Part shown: one piece after another, positions 7,582 to 16,467 of the stretch | Layout: each line of letters opens with the position of its first letter | How positions within the stretch are numbered: the stretch's first letter is position 1 | Source: an uncultured Thermoplasmata archaeon | Lineage (GTDB): Archaea; Thermoplasmatota; Thermoplasmata; Halarchaeoplasmatales; Halarchaeoplasmataceae | Direction: 5' to 3' | Assembly (NCBI GenBank): GCA_964399335.1 | Contig: CAYNQI010000019.1 | Span: 1-19,919 of the forward strand | Length of the DNA: 19,919 bases | Made by a program: the position numbers and the translations under genes | The notes under the pieces: model-generated | Database searches by the model: none | What the model was told of the DNA's origin: nothing | Seen by the model: only the letters and a program-made list of their open reading frames with translations

Positions 7582-8529
7582 ATGAAATCTACGAAAAAGG
7601 CAGGATTGATAACGGTGATCATAGCGATCACGATAATTGCTCTTATTTTAACCCATACATTTTTACCTACCTATATCAAAGACAGAGGTAATCTCTATAG
7701 AGATTGGGAAAAAGGACAATGGCATTTGAATAATGACGACTACGATGAACTATTTATCGAATATGATTATGTAGAGGGCTACAAGCCGAACACGACTGCC
7801 ATATATGAATTTGAAAATGTTTTAAGAGAATATACAGATAAAGAAGATATAACTCATCATATGGGTGATGTGATTCCATACCAGGATACGAAACCAGTTT
7901 ACGGTGAAAATGATCTAGCATTTCTTGAAAATAGATACAGGGATGAAGAGACTAAAGGCAATACACTGGTCATCTATGTATTGTATTTAGATGGGGAATG
8001 GAAGCAGGAGGATGTTCTAGGACTCTCTTATAGAGGAACGAACATCGTTATTTTCATGGAAAAAATAATGACTAGTGCCGACAGAAGTAACAACATAGGC
8101 CACGGTGACATAGAAACCTCCGTTCTGATCCATGAATGGGGGCATCTAATAGGACTCGTTGGAAAAGATTATGATGCAGATCACGAAGATACAGAATATC
8201 CCCATCACTGCAACCAAGAGGCAGGAAGATGTGTAATGGCAGCTTCCGTTGAGATTAAGGGTGGTGAAGGTTCACAACCTCCTCCTACTGAGTTCTGTGA
8301 ACTATGTCAAGAAGATATCGAAGAAATCAAAAATATGTATGATCCTTGGGGTCCAGCTGAAATCTTAACTTACATATCCATGGGTGGACAAACATTGATT
8401 GGTTTAACTTGGGTCGTTAGCGTTAGTAAACATAAAGAGGAAGAGATGTACAATAAAGAAACCTATAAGGATGGCCTTTCTCATGAGGAAATGGATTATA
8501 TCAAAGATGACGAGAAAAAATATTACTGA
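7582..8529 (+). CDS. Membrane-anchored putative zinc metallopeptidase (HExxH)
   Basis: N-terminal hydrophobic helix, LIHEWGHLIGLV followed by HED..HHC..CVM and CELC, and a second hydrophobic segment near the C-terminus. SD AGGAG upstream. Confidence 0.72.
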   Translation: MKSTKKAGLITVIIAITIIALILTHTFLPTYIKDRGNLYRDWEKGQWHLNNDDYDELFIEYDYVEGYKPNTTAIYEFENVLREYTDKEDITHHMGDVIPYQDTKPVYGENDLAFLENRYRDEETKGNTLVIYVLYLDGEWKQEDVLGLSYRGTNIVIFMEKIMTSADRSNNIGHGDIETSVLIHEWGHLIGLVGKDYDADHEDTEYPHHCNQEAGRCVMAASVEIKGGEGSQPPPTEFCELCQEDIEEIKNMYDPWGPAEILTYISMGGQTLIGLTWVVSVSKHKEEEMYNKETYKDGLSHEEMDYIKDDEKKYY

Positions 8530-9230
8530 TCTCCCATCTCATAAGAGAAACTATAATTAACCTCTAAATTTGAGCTGTTTTCCCTTTGGCTTCTCAATTC
8601 TCTCAACCTTACTGTTTCAACATCTTCGCCTTGGAGCTCTTTTAACAAGCCTGGCACGTGGCCATCACCAACAACCGCTATCACCGAGTCGTATCTTTTA
8701 TCTAACTCTTTGATATTCTCAGCCATGTGATCATTTCTTTCATCTATGAGTACACGAGATATCGAAGGCATGTTTTTTTCCAATATGTCCATGTAATCGG
8801 CCTCATTTTTCTCATATCTCTCCATTTCTTTCTCGACTCGTTCCTTACTTGTAAAAAGTCCCGCAACCATCCCGGCTATAAAGTATATTTTTTCTTTTAA
8901 GCTCATAGCTTTCATCATCTTCTTGAATGTTAAATTCGCTGGAAGGTCTATGAAAGCTACGCCTATCCCCAACTCTTTCGCTATTTCTACGGCTGCCAGC
9001 ATCTCACTACCAACCTTTACACCAAAGTCATCTGCTATCTTCTTTTGTAAGATACTCATGGCTCTGTACATCAGTGGAACATCTTTTTTATCGTCGCCCT
9101 CGGATTTCAAAGCCACATATCTCTGTTTATCCAGTTCTACAGCTATAACTGATGGGTTTCTTGAAACGATCTCCTCTCTCAATCTTTCTGAGATATCGAA
9201 CACATGAGCGGTACCGATTATCGTTATCAT
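8523..9230 (-). CDS. TraB/PrgY (TraB/GumN) domain protein
   Basis: IIGTAHV, VIAVELD, GSEM, LIDERNDHM and VVGDGH motifs typical of the TraB family. Confidence 0.88.
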   Translation of the reverse strand: MITIIGTAHVFDISERLREEIVSRNPSVIAVELDKQRYVALKSEGDDKKDVPLMYRAMSILQKKIADDFGVKVGSEMLAAVEIAKELGIGVAFIDLPANLTFKKMMKAMSLKEKIYFIAGMVAGLFTSKERVEKEMERYEKNEADYMDILEKNMPSISRVLIDERNDHMAENIKELDKRYDSVIAVVGDGHVPGLLKELQGEDVETVRLRELRSQRENSSNLEVNYSFSYEMGDQ

Positions 9231-9264
9231 AAGTTATTATCATTGGAAACGATGAAGGGAACGG

Positions 9265-9272
9265 TATAAAAA
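9265..9272 (-). promoter_or_regulatory. Putative TATA box of the TraB-domain gene
   Basis: TTTTTATA on the minus strand, ~35 nt upstream of ATG 9230. Confidence 0.45.
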
Positions 9273-9284
9273 TGTATTTGATTT

Positions 9285-10199
9285 CTAATCATGGCTATGT
9301 TCCTTTTCAGGATGACATATCTTCTGCACCGTATCATCACCACACTCCACGCACTCTAGTTCTAAAGTAGAATGATATATATGGAATTCGTTGTGGAGTA
9401 TATCACGTATATCGGTTTTGATCCGTTCCGACTCCATCATACTCATATCCTCAACCAATATATGTGCTGAAAAGGAATGGATACTAGAACATAGGGTCCA
9501 AAGATGTACATCGTGTATATCCCTAACTCCATCCAATTTTTTAATATGTTCTACCACATCGGACACTTCTAAATCCTCGGGGGTCCACTGCATTATAACT
9601 CCTATAGATTCTTTCAATAATCTAACCGAGCCTGATATTATCAACAGTGCTATAAGGACACTCAATATAGGATCTACTAGATAGTTGCCTGTTAAGTATA
9701 TAACAACAGCTCCCAATACTACCGCTCCACTGGAAAGGGTATCAGCTAGTAGATGTAGATATACCCCTCTCACATTGATGTCTTTATGTCCATGGAGTAG
9801 TCGTGTAGCATAAAGATTGCCCAACAAACCGATAACTGCCACAACGAGCATCTCAGTTGATTTCACTGCCTGTGGGGAAAGAAAACGCTGATAGGATTCG
9901 TAAAGTATGTAACCACTTACGAAAAGCAGTATCACCGCATTCAATAGTGCGGCCAGGACTTCCGCTCGATGATGACCAAAAGTCGCTTTATCGTGGGCTG
10001 GTATGGCTGCCAAGTTGATGGCAGTTAGTGAAGTAGCTATGGCAAATGTATCCGTAAGTACATGTCCAGCATCGCCCAGTAAGGCTAATGAGTTCGAGAT
10101 CAGATATCCAACCAAAGCTACTATCACCAAACCGATATTGATAGCCAATGCTATCCTTAGCTTACCTTTAGTACCTGTAAAAATGGATTTCAAACCCAT
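9285..10199 (-). CDS. Cation diffusion facilitator (CzcD/ZitB-like, probably Zn/Cd/Co efflux)
   Basis: SLALLGDAGHVLTD, TFGHHRAEVLAAL and HLLAD motifs (HxxxD/HxxxD site), six TM helices, and a His-rich C-terminal domain. Confidence 0.93.
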   Translation of the reverse strand: MGLKSIFTGTKGKLRIALAINIGLVIVALVGYLISNSLALLGDAGHVLTDTFAIATSLTAINLAAIPAHDKATFGHHRAEVLAALLNAVILLFVSGYILYESYQRFLSPQAVKSTEMLVVAVIGLLGNLYATRLLHGHKDINVRGVYLHLLADTLSSGAVVLGAVVIYLTGNYLVDPILSVLIALLIISGSVRLLKESIGVIMQWTPEDLEVSDVVEHIKKLDGVRDIHDVHLWTLCSSIHSFSAHILVEDMSMMESERIKTDIRDILHNEFHIYHSTLELECVECGDDTVQKICHPEKEHSHD

Positions 10200-11260
10200 G
10201 TCCGTATCACCTTTGCTAACTTTTGCAAACCTAGTGCGAGTTTTTGAGTCTCCATTCCAAAACAGAGCCTTATATGATCATCGCAACCTTTAGAAAAGAA
10301 TCCGCCCGGCGATACTAAGATACCCTCTTCAAGGGCTCTCTTTGAAAATTCATACGAATCACATGGGAGTTTTAATTTAGGGAATGATATGATACCGGAA
10401 GATGGTGGGACCCATTCGATATTTTTATTTCCTTCTATCCAACCCCTGACCATGGAAAGGTTCTTTTCAGTTAGATCTCTAACCTCTGCTAATAACGTAT
10501 CTCTGTTTTCTAGGACTTTCAAAACTAACTTTTCAGACAAGGTTGAATTCAAAAGGTTCATATCATATTTCATGCTATATATTTTCTTAATTAGCTCTTC
10601 ATTTCTAGAAGCTATCCAACCTACACGGATGCCACCCATACCAAAGATCTTCGAAAAACTAGATGTTACAATTACATTGTCCCCTGTTTTTAAAGCTGAA
10701 GTACCGTTCTTGACAAAATCTCTGAAGATTTCATCTACGATCAAAAGTATATCTCTATCTTCAAGGATCTGTTGTATCTCTTTCATTTTATCTTCATCTA
10801 AAAAAACTCCACTAGGGTTGTGTGGATTTGTTAAAACCAAGGCCTTTGTTTTTGAACTTATGATATTTTGTAATTCATCTGTTTGTATTTCAAAACCATC
10901 CGCATACAGTCTCTCAAACGGTTTAACTTTTAAACCTAACTTCCTTGGAAATTTCAACAAAGGTTGGTAAGTGGGAGTTTCTACTATTATTTCTTCGCCC
11001 TTTTCCAATAGAGTTAAAAAAGCTACTGAATTTGCAATCTGTGTTCCAGGTAGTGGGACCACTTCAACCCCTTTATAAATCTTAGATAATTTTTTTTGTA
11101 ATTTAAGGTCATATTCGTCTGTATAACCGGTATCAAAGGATGATGGGTATTCACCGTCATTAAAAATAGATATATCTCGCACACTACTTGAGGCTAGATT
11201 ATACTCAACATCCTCATTCTCTCTAAGAAAATCCCTTAATGGGAAAGTAGATTGTTTCAT
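10190..11260 (-). CDS. PLP-dependent aminotransferase, class I/II
   Basis: TNPHNPSG, IVDEIF, SSFSKIFGMGGIRVGW (PLP lysine) and HIRLCF motifs. Confidence 0.93.
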   Translation of the reverse strand: MKQSTFPLRDFLRENEDVEYNLASSSVRDISIFNDGEYPSSFDTGYTDEYDLKLQKKLSKIYKGVEVVPLPGTQIANSVAFLTLLEKGEEIIVETPTYQPLLKFPRKLGLKVKPFERLYADGFEIQTDELQNIISSKTKALVLTNPHNPSGVFLDEDKMKEIQQILEDRDILLIVDEIFRDFVKNGTSALKTGDNVIVTSSFSKIFGMGGIRVGWIASRNEELIKKIYSMKYDMNLLNSTLSEKLVLKVLENRDTLLAEVRDLTEKNLSMVRGWIEGNKNIEWVPPSSGIISFPKLKLPCDSYEFSKRALEEGILVSPGGFFSKGCDDHIRLCFGMETQKLALGLQKLAKVIRTWV

Positions 11261-11404
11261 AATTGAACCGATATATTTTGGATAGTTAAAAACAATTTCG
11301 GATTTTTGTGCTAAAAATCAGTTATTTTCAGGAAAAAATTAAATAATTTGGAAGGGATGGGAAAGCGCGTCAAAATACAGGGTTGAAAAGAAGGAGTAAA
11401 TCAG

Positions 11405-12523
11405 ATGAAAAAACTTATTCTCTGTGTGGACAGGGATGATGATATAGGGACTAAAACAGGCCTTAAAACACCTATTATCGGTAGGGAAGACATGCTCAAT
11501 GCAGCTGTGAAACTAGGTCTAAAGGATCCTGAAGATTCAGATACCAATTCACTGTTTTCTGCCTTATCTACGTATGATGAACTTAAAAAACAGGGAGAAG
11601 AAGTAGAGATCGCTTGTGTGACAGGTTCTCCTAACATAGGTTGGAGATCAGATGAGATCCTTGCTAAAGAACTGGATCATGTACTAGAAACCCTTAAACC
11701 CGATTCTACTATATTAGTTTCTGATGGTGCAGAAGACGAATACATAACACCTATTATCACTTCGAAAGTCAACATATCTCATGTTAAGAATGTTCATGTA
11801 AAACAAATGAGAAGTGTAGAAAATTTTTATTACATGTTAGTTAAAAGCATGCAGGAGGAAAAGACAAAAAAGAAAGTGCTTTTCCCTATATCTTTAGCAC
11901 TTCTTGTATACGGCTTTTTTACGGTATTATCCCTGATCGGAGATATATATTATAGAAGATGGGGGGCTCTAGAAGGTTTTTCTTCATTCGGTGTAGGTTT
12001 AATATCATTTGTACTCGGAGTTTACATAATAGGTAGGATATTCGAATTAGATAGAAAATTAATAGATGCATATTATGATTTGAAAAAAGCTATCAGTACA
12101 GCTGCGGTATGGCTTCCGTTCACAATAGTAGCTATATTAATAGTGTTAGGTAGTACTCAGTTAGGATGGGGGGCGATACTCAGATTAGACGATCCATCTA
12201 TGTCTATCGCCTTTCTGACATTTGCTAGTACTGTGATATGGTGGTGGATAGGAGCTATTCTACTTCACGAACTGGGACAGGTAATAGATATCTATTTAAA
12301 ACAAGGTAAGATAAAGAAGTCTTTCTGGGCGATATTGTTCTCCCTTTTAGCCCTTACATTCATCTTCTGGGGTGCCTTTAGTTACATCCGGGTTATGGTT
12401 GGGATGGAAGCAGCAAACGTTCTACCTATGGTAGCTATAAATATTACACTGGGATTATTGATCGGAATACTTGGTGGTATAACCCATACCAGTTTCGAAG
12501 ATGATGAAGACGAAGAGGAATAA
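11405..12523 (+). CDS. DUF373 family archaeal membrane protein
   Basis: LILCVDRDDDIG.K, DPEDSD.N and VSDGAEDE motifs followed by several TM helices. SD AGGAG upstream. Confidence 0.9.
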   Translation: MKKLILCVDRDDDIGTKTGLKTPIIGREDMLNAAVKLGLKDPEDSDTNSLFSALSTYDELKKQGEEVEIACVTGSPNIGWRSDEILAKELDHVLETLKPDSTILVSDGAEDEYITPIITSKVNISHVKNVHVKQMRSVENFYYMLVKSMQEEKTKKKVLFPISLALLVYGFFTVLSLIGDIYYRRWGALEGFSSFGVGLISFVLGVYIIGRIFELDRKLIDAYYDLKKAISTAAVWLPFTIVAILIVLGSTQLGWGAILRLDDPSMSIAFLTFASTVIWWWIGAILLHELGQVIDIYLKQGKIKKSFWAILFSLLALTFIFWGAFSYIRVMVGMEAANVLPMVAINITLGLLIGILGGITHTSFEDDEDEEE

Positions 12524-12543
12524 AAAATCAATAAGGTTTTGCC

Positions 12544-13179
12544 ATGAATTATAAAGATTGGAAACCGATATATGAAGAGATCATCAAGGATTTTGGTTAT
12601 TCAAAAGAAAAAGACATCATGGCCGCTAACGTACAGAGTGAAGTAAGGGGTTCAGATAGTTTAAAAATCTTAAAAAGATTACAGGGCTCCAGCGTAGAGA
12701 TATTAGGGCCGTATGCTGAAAATCCAAGTGAGAAAATCGTAATGATAGCTGGGGCATCCCTATCGCATCTAGATAAAATTGATATCGATAACTCTTTTTT
12801 AGTTACGGACCTGGACGGAGACACGATTTTACAGAAAGAAAAAAACAAAGATGGTCTAACTACCCTTATCCACGCCCATGGGGACAATATAGATTTGATA
12901 AAAAAATATAGTCCCGAATTCACAGGTCACGTGATATCTACATGTCAGTGCCGACCCTTAGAAAATGTTTACAATTTCGGCGGCTTCACAGACGGGGATA
13001 GATGCGTTTTTATCGCTGATCATTTTAAAGCTAAAAAAGTCATATTGAACGGCTGGGATCTAGAGAATCCTGCTCCGAAAGGGGATAAGAGGATAAAAAA
13101 GAAGAAACTTAAGTGGGCACATAAACTTATACGGTTAGTAGATATTCCGATCTCGGTAAAACAATCAAAGGGTTTATAA
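12544..13179 (+). CDS. mptE: 6-hydroxymethyl-7,8-dihydropterin pyrophosphokinase (MptE/DUF115 family)
   Basis: W.PIYEEI..DFGY, VTDLDG, HAHGDN, GGFTDGDR and KLKWA motifs. Confidence 0.88.
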   Translation: MNYKDWKPIYEEIIKDFGYSKEKDIMAANVQSEVRGSDSLKILKRLQGSSVEILGPYAENPSEKIVMIAGASLSHLDKIDIDNSFLVTDLDGDTILQKEKNKDGLTTLIHAHGDNIDLIKKYSPEFTGHVISTCQCRPLENVYNFGGFTDGDRCVFIADHFKAKKVILNGWDLENPAPKGDKRIKKKKLKWAHKLIRLVDIPISVKQSKGL

Positions 13180-13212
13180 CCATCGAATTTCATTCCTAAT
13201 TCCTTTACAGTG

Positions 13213-13232
13213 AAAGGGGAACCTTTATATAA
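13213..13232 (+). promoter_or_regulatory. BRE/TATA promoter of tfb
   Basis: Purine-rich AAAGGGGAA followed by canonical TTTATATA (13224-13231). Confidence 0.7.
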
Positions 13233-13270
13233 GCAACATAAAAATTAGAACGAAAAATGGGTATGTTAAA

Positions 13271-14206
13271 ATGGAAGATAAATCACAAAAAAAGATCGAA
13301 AAGATACAGCAGTGTCCCGAATGTTCGAGCGAACATATCTCAAAAGATTACAATAGGGGAGAGCTGTTGTGTGAAAATTGTGGTTTAGTTTTAGATGATG
13401 GATATATAGATGATGGACCCGAATGGAGGGCCTTCGACGCTAAACAGAAAGAAAAAAGGGCTAGAACTGGCGCCCCAATGAACTACCTGAGCCATGATAA
13501 AGGACTTTCCACATCTATATCTTGGAAAAATAAAGATGCTTATGGGAGGACAATACCTCACAAAAATAGAGGGCAGATCTATCGAGTCAGAAAATGGCAC
13601 AGGAGGATAAGGGTTTCTAACGCCACTGAGAGAAATCTAGCTACTGCTTTAAGAGAACTAGATAGATTATCTTCAAAGATGGGATTGCCTAGAAGTATAC
13701 GTGAAACTGCTGCTATGATCTATAGAAAGGCAGTTGAAAAGAATTTGATAAGAGGAAGAAGTATCGAAACTGTTATTGCATCCTCTTTATACGCCGGCTG
13801 CAGGAAATGCGACGTACCCCGGACGCTTACTGAGATCTCAGAGGTGGCCCAGGCCGATGAAAAACAGATCGGTAGAGCATACAGATTTCTTTCTAGAGAA
13901 CTTCAACTAAAACTACTCCCGACCAGACCTGAAAATTATATCAAAAGATTTTGCAGCAAATTAAATCTCGGGAGGAATGTAGTGAACAAAGGTGAAGAGA
14001 TCATAGAACAGGCTAACGAGCTCGGATTGACTTCGGGTAAAGGACCGACAGGTATAGCTGCCGCCGCCATTTATATCTCTTCAATATTAGAAGATACACC
14101 AAGAACACAGAGAGCGATCGCCGAAGTTGCTGGAGTTACTGAAGTAACGATCAGGAATAGATATAAAGAGATAGCTAAAAAAATAGGTATCACCATAGAA
14201 ACGTGA
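13271..14206 (+). CDS. tfb: Transcription initiation factor IIB
   Basis: Zn ribbon CPEC..CENC, GPEWRAF B-reader, two cyclin repeats, and [13 protein letters not shown]-terminal HTH. Confidence 0.98.
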   Translation: MEDKSQKKIEKIQQCPECSSEHISKDYNRGELLCENCGLVLDDGYIDDGPEWRAFDAKQKEKRARTGAPMNYLSHDKGLSTSISWKNKDAYGRTIPHKNRGQIYRVRKWHRRIRVSNATERNLATALRELDRLSSKMGLPRSIRETAAMIYRKAVEKNLIRGRSIETVIASSLYAGCRKCDVPRTLTEISEVAQADEKQIGRAYRFLSRELQLKLLPTRPENYIKRFCSKLNLGRNVVNKGEEIIEQANELGLTSGKGPTGIAAAAIYISSILEDTPRTQRAIAEVAGVTEVTIRNRYKEIAKKIGITIET

Positions 14207-14274
14207 TCACCATTATCACTTTAGGGATAATTTTATACGTTATTAAAATATTCTAAATGGGCTGAGGTATCGAT

Positions 14275-14655
14275 TTGGCTAGAGTTAGGATTGATGAATT
14301 CAAAAAGGCTGTAACCAAGGTATTGAAGGAGAGAGATATCGATCCTGAAGAAGCAGAAGAGATATCTGAGAAGATAATGAATCTATTTGGATACGATAAG
14401 TCAATAACGGATAATTTATTGTCTTCTAAAGAAAGGGATCTATTTTATATGCTTGAAGATTATGATATTTTAACTACTGAGGAAGAAACCGCCTATCTCC
14501 CTAGTGGAAAAAGGTGGAGGATACATTACTGGAAAATTAAGGAAGACAAGATAAGGGAGATATTATCTCAAGAGAATGAAAAGGATGAAGAGGAAAAAGA
14601 AAAGTCTATTTATGATGATATCTCAAATGATATATGGAAAAGAGCTAATACATGA
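14275..14655 (+). CDS. Conserved hypothetical protein (resembles the DUF6015-type family as I recall it)
   Basis: TTG start with GAGGT SD at 14264-14268. Motifs FGY...DN.L...R.LFY.LE and EE...LPSGK.WRI.YW. ATGA overlap with the next gene. Confidence 0.7.
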   Translation: MARVRIDEFKKAVTKVLKERDIDPEEAEEISEKIMNLFGYDKSITDNLLSSKERDLFYMLEDYDILTTEEETAYLPSGKRWRIHYWKIKEDKIREILSQENEKDEEEKEKSIYDDISNDIWKRANT

Positions 14656-15269
14656 ATGGCATTAAAAAAAAACATCTTGAAATAAAACTAGAAAGGGTCC
14701 CTCCTCATCCAGATCCTAAACCTGAACTTGAACAATATCCTACCCCGACATATGTTGCTACCGATATATTGTACAATGCATATCTAAATAGAGATATATT
14801 GGGGAAAAAGGTCTTTGATTTTGGATGTGGTACAGGAATTTTTTCTTTAGGGGCGGCGATACTAGGTGCTGAAAAGGTGATCGGAATAGATCTTGATAAG
14901 AAAGCAGTAGATATCGCTATCAAACTAGCAGAAGAGTGGGGTTTAGAAGATAAAATAGACTTTGAAGTAAAGGATGTAATAAATTTCAAAGAAAAGGGCG
15001 ATACTGTTTTGATGAACCCTCCTTTTGGATCTCAAAATAAAGGTGCTGATGTACCATTTTTAAATAAAGCTTATAAAAGCTCTATTAAGTTATACAGTCT
15101 GCATAATCAGAAAACTGAATCCTACGTCAGGAAACATATTATAGAAAATGGATTCAACATTTTTTGGGAAAAAAGATATATGTTGGGAATAGATAAGATT
15201 TTTGACTTTCATACAAATGAATCGAAGGATATAAAAGCAATACTATTTGCTGCTGAGAAAATTAAATAA
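14652..15269 (+). CDS. METTL5-like SAM-dependent (probably rRNA m6A) methyltransferase
   Basis: LEQY.TP, DFGCGTG SAM-binding motif, catalytic NPPFG; sits next to csl4. Confidence 0.9.
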   Translation: MNGIKKKHLEIKLERVPPHPDPKPELEQYPTPTYVATDILYNAYLNRDILGKKVFDFGCGTGIFSLGAAILGAEKVIGIDLDKKAVDIAIKLAEEWGLEDKIDFEVKDVINFKEKGDTVLMNPPFGSQNKGADVPFLNKAYKSSIKLYSLHNQKTESYVRKHIIENGFNIFWEKRYMLGIDKIFDFHTNESKDIKAILFAAEKIK

Positions 15270-15294
15270 GAGTAATTCATTAAGAGGTAATAAT

Positions 15295-15870
15295 ATGGAA
15301 AAAACAAAAGATAATCTTGTGGCTCCTGGAGACAAATTAGGAGCAAGTGAGGAATGGTTACCTGGGAAGGGAACTTACGAGGAAGAGGGTTATGTGTATT
15401 CATCAGTGTTCGGTAAAGTAGAATATGATGAGGATAATCTAGAAGCAAAAGTAATACCTGTAAACCCAGTTTCAGAAGTTAAAAAGGGGGATACTATCTA
15501 TGGTAAAATACGAAATAATAGAGGATCTATAGCTTCTATGTCAGTAAATCTAATTGAAGGTGAGCCTAGAGGAATATCTACAGATCTAGAAGGCTCCTTA
15601 CATATATCGAAAATTTCTGAGGACTATGTTGAAAGTGTGGACTCGGCTTTTAAAAAAGGTGACGTAGTCAGAGCAGAAATCATACAGGTTGAACCATCTA
15701 TACAGTTAAATAGCCAATCAAAGGACCTAGGTGTAGTCAAGGCATTCTGTGTTAACTGTAGAAAAGATTTACAATTGAAAAGGGGAAAATTATATTGTGA
15801 AAATTGTGACCATTACGAAAACCGTAAAATATCCTCAGCATATGGTAAAATAAAACTAAAAGATAGATGA
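15295..15870 (+). CDS. csl4: Exosome complex RNA-binding protein Csl4
   Basis: V.PGD.LG..EE..PG.GTY N-terminal domain, S1 domain, LGVVKAFC..C...C..C Zn ribbon and E.RK.S. ATG 15295 has a GAGGT SD. Confidence 0.95.
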   Translation: MEKTKDNLVAPGDKLGASEEWLPGKGTYEEEGYVYSSVFGKVEYDEDNLEAKVIPVNPVSEVKKGDTIYGKIRNNRGSIASMSVNLIEGEPRGISTDLEGSLHISKISEDYVESVDSAFKKGDVVRAEIIQVEPSIQLNSQSKDLGVVKAFCVNCRKDLQLKRGKLYCENCDHYENRKISSAYGKIKLKDR

Positions 15871-15890
15871 TGTATATTGGAGGTTAAAAC

Positions 15891-16130
15891 CTGTCAAGAA
15901 CTTCAAAAACATTGATGGCTCTAGAAGAGAGAGAAAAATGGAGAAGAAGAGAGAAAGAGATATTGGGGAAACTGAAAAAAATCCGTCGTAAAAAGAAAAA
16001 ATTAGAGAATGAAGCTAAGAAAATAAAAGAGAATATAAAACAGATAGAAGATGTTCTAAGGTCTGCTAAGCGAGATGAGATGAGCAAGGTAAGGATCACT
16101 GACAGGTTCGATGAGCACATTATAAGGTGA
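15891..16130 (+). CDS. Small basic coiled-coil protein (start uncertain: CTG 15891, TTG 15912 or ATG 15915)
   Basis: K/R/E-rich heptad pattern, codirectional and tightly packed. GGAGGT SD lies 6 nt before CTG 15891. Confidence 0.65.
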   Translation: MSRTSKTLMALEEREKWRRREKEILGKLKKIRRKKKKLENEAKKIKENIKQIEDVLRSAKRDEMSKVRITDRFDEHIIR

Positions 16131-16134
16131 TTTT

Positions 16135-16359
16135 ATGAAGGAAGCTAGTGTAGAGGATCTCCATAACGCATTATCAAGCTACAGAGAGAAGTACAGTGAA
16201 ATCAAGAAAAAAATTGACAAGCTTGATAAAGAGGAACAAAAACTAGAAAAAGAATTGGAAACTATCAGAAATCACCTTAGCTACTATGATTCTTTAGTTT
16301 CTGATATGAAAAAGAAAATGCAGGGCAGAAAAAACCTTGATTTTTTTGACCATTTATAA
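16135..16359 (+). CDS. Small coiled-coil protein (74 aa)
   Basis: Heptad pattern (IKKKIDKLDKEEQKLEKELETIRNHLSYYDSLVSDM). The SD AGGTGA includes the upstream stop codon. Confidence 0.75.
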   Translation: MKEASVEDLHNALSSYREKYSEIKKKIDKLDKEEQKLEKELETIRNHLSYYDSLVSDMKKKMQGRKNLDFFDHL

Positions 16360-16396
16360 CCAAAAGGGATTTAAATCCTACTTGGTTTCGGGGTAT

Positions 16397-16410
16397 GAAA
16401 AATTAATATA
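16397..16410 (+). promoter_or_regulatory. Possible BRE/TATA promoter for Roadblock-ATPase genes
   Basis: GAAAAA TTAATATA in the 108-bp gap. An alternative TTTAAA lies within a palindrome at 16367-16378. Confidence 0.35.
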
Positions 16411-16467
16411 GTGCGAAATACATTGTGTAAAAAATGATTCTTTCAAGTTATCAAGGAGTTTGAGATT

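Noticed and set aside
10389-10970. 193-aa plus-strand ORF
   Set aside because: Lies entirely antisense to the aminotransferase, with S/F/I-rich shadow composition and no motifs.
11261-11404. tRNA or structured ncRNA in the larger intergenic gaps (also 6488-6640, 16360-16467)
   Set aside because: No cloverleaf or stable GC-rich hairpin is visible, and divergent promoter and SD elements largely explain the gaps.
15247-15294. Longer csl4 start at 15247
   Set aside because: It overlaps the methylase and lacks an SD; ATG 15295 has GAGGT and matches the Csl4 N-terminus.
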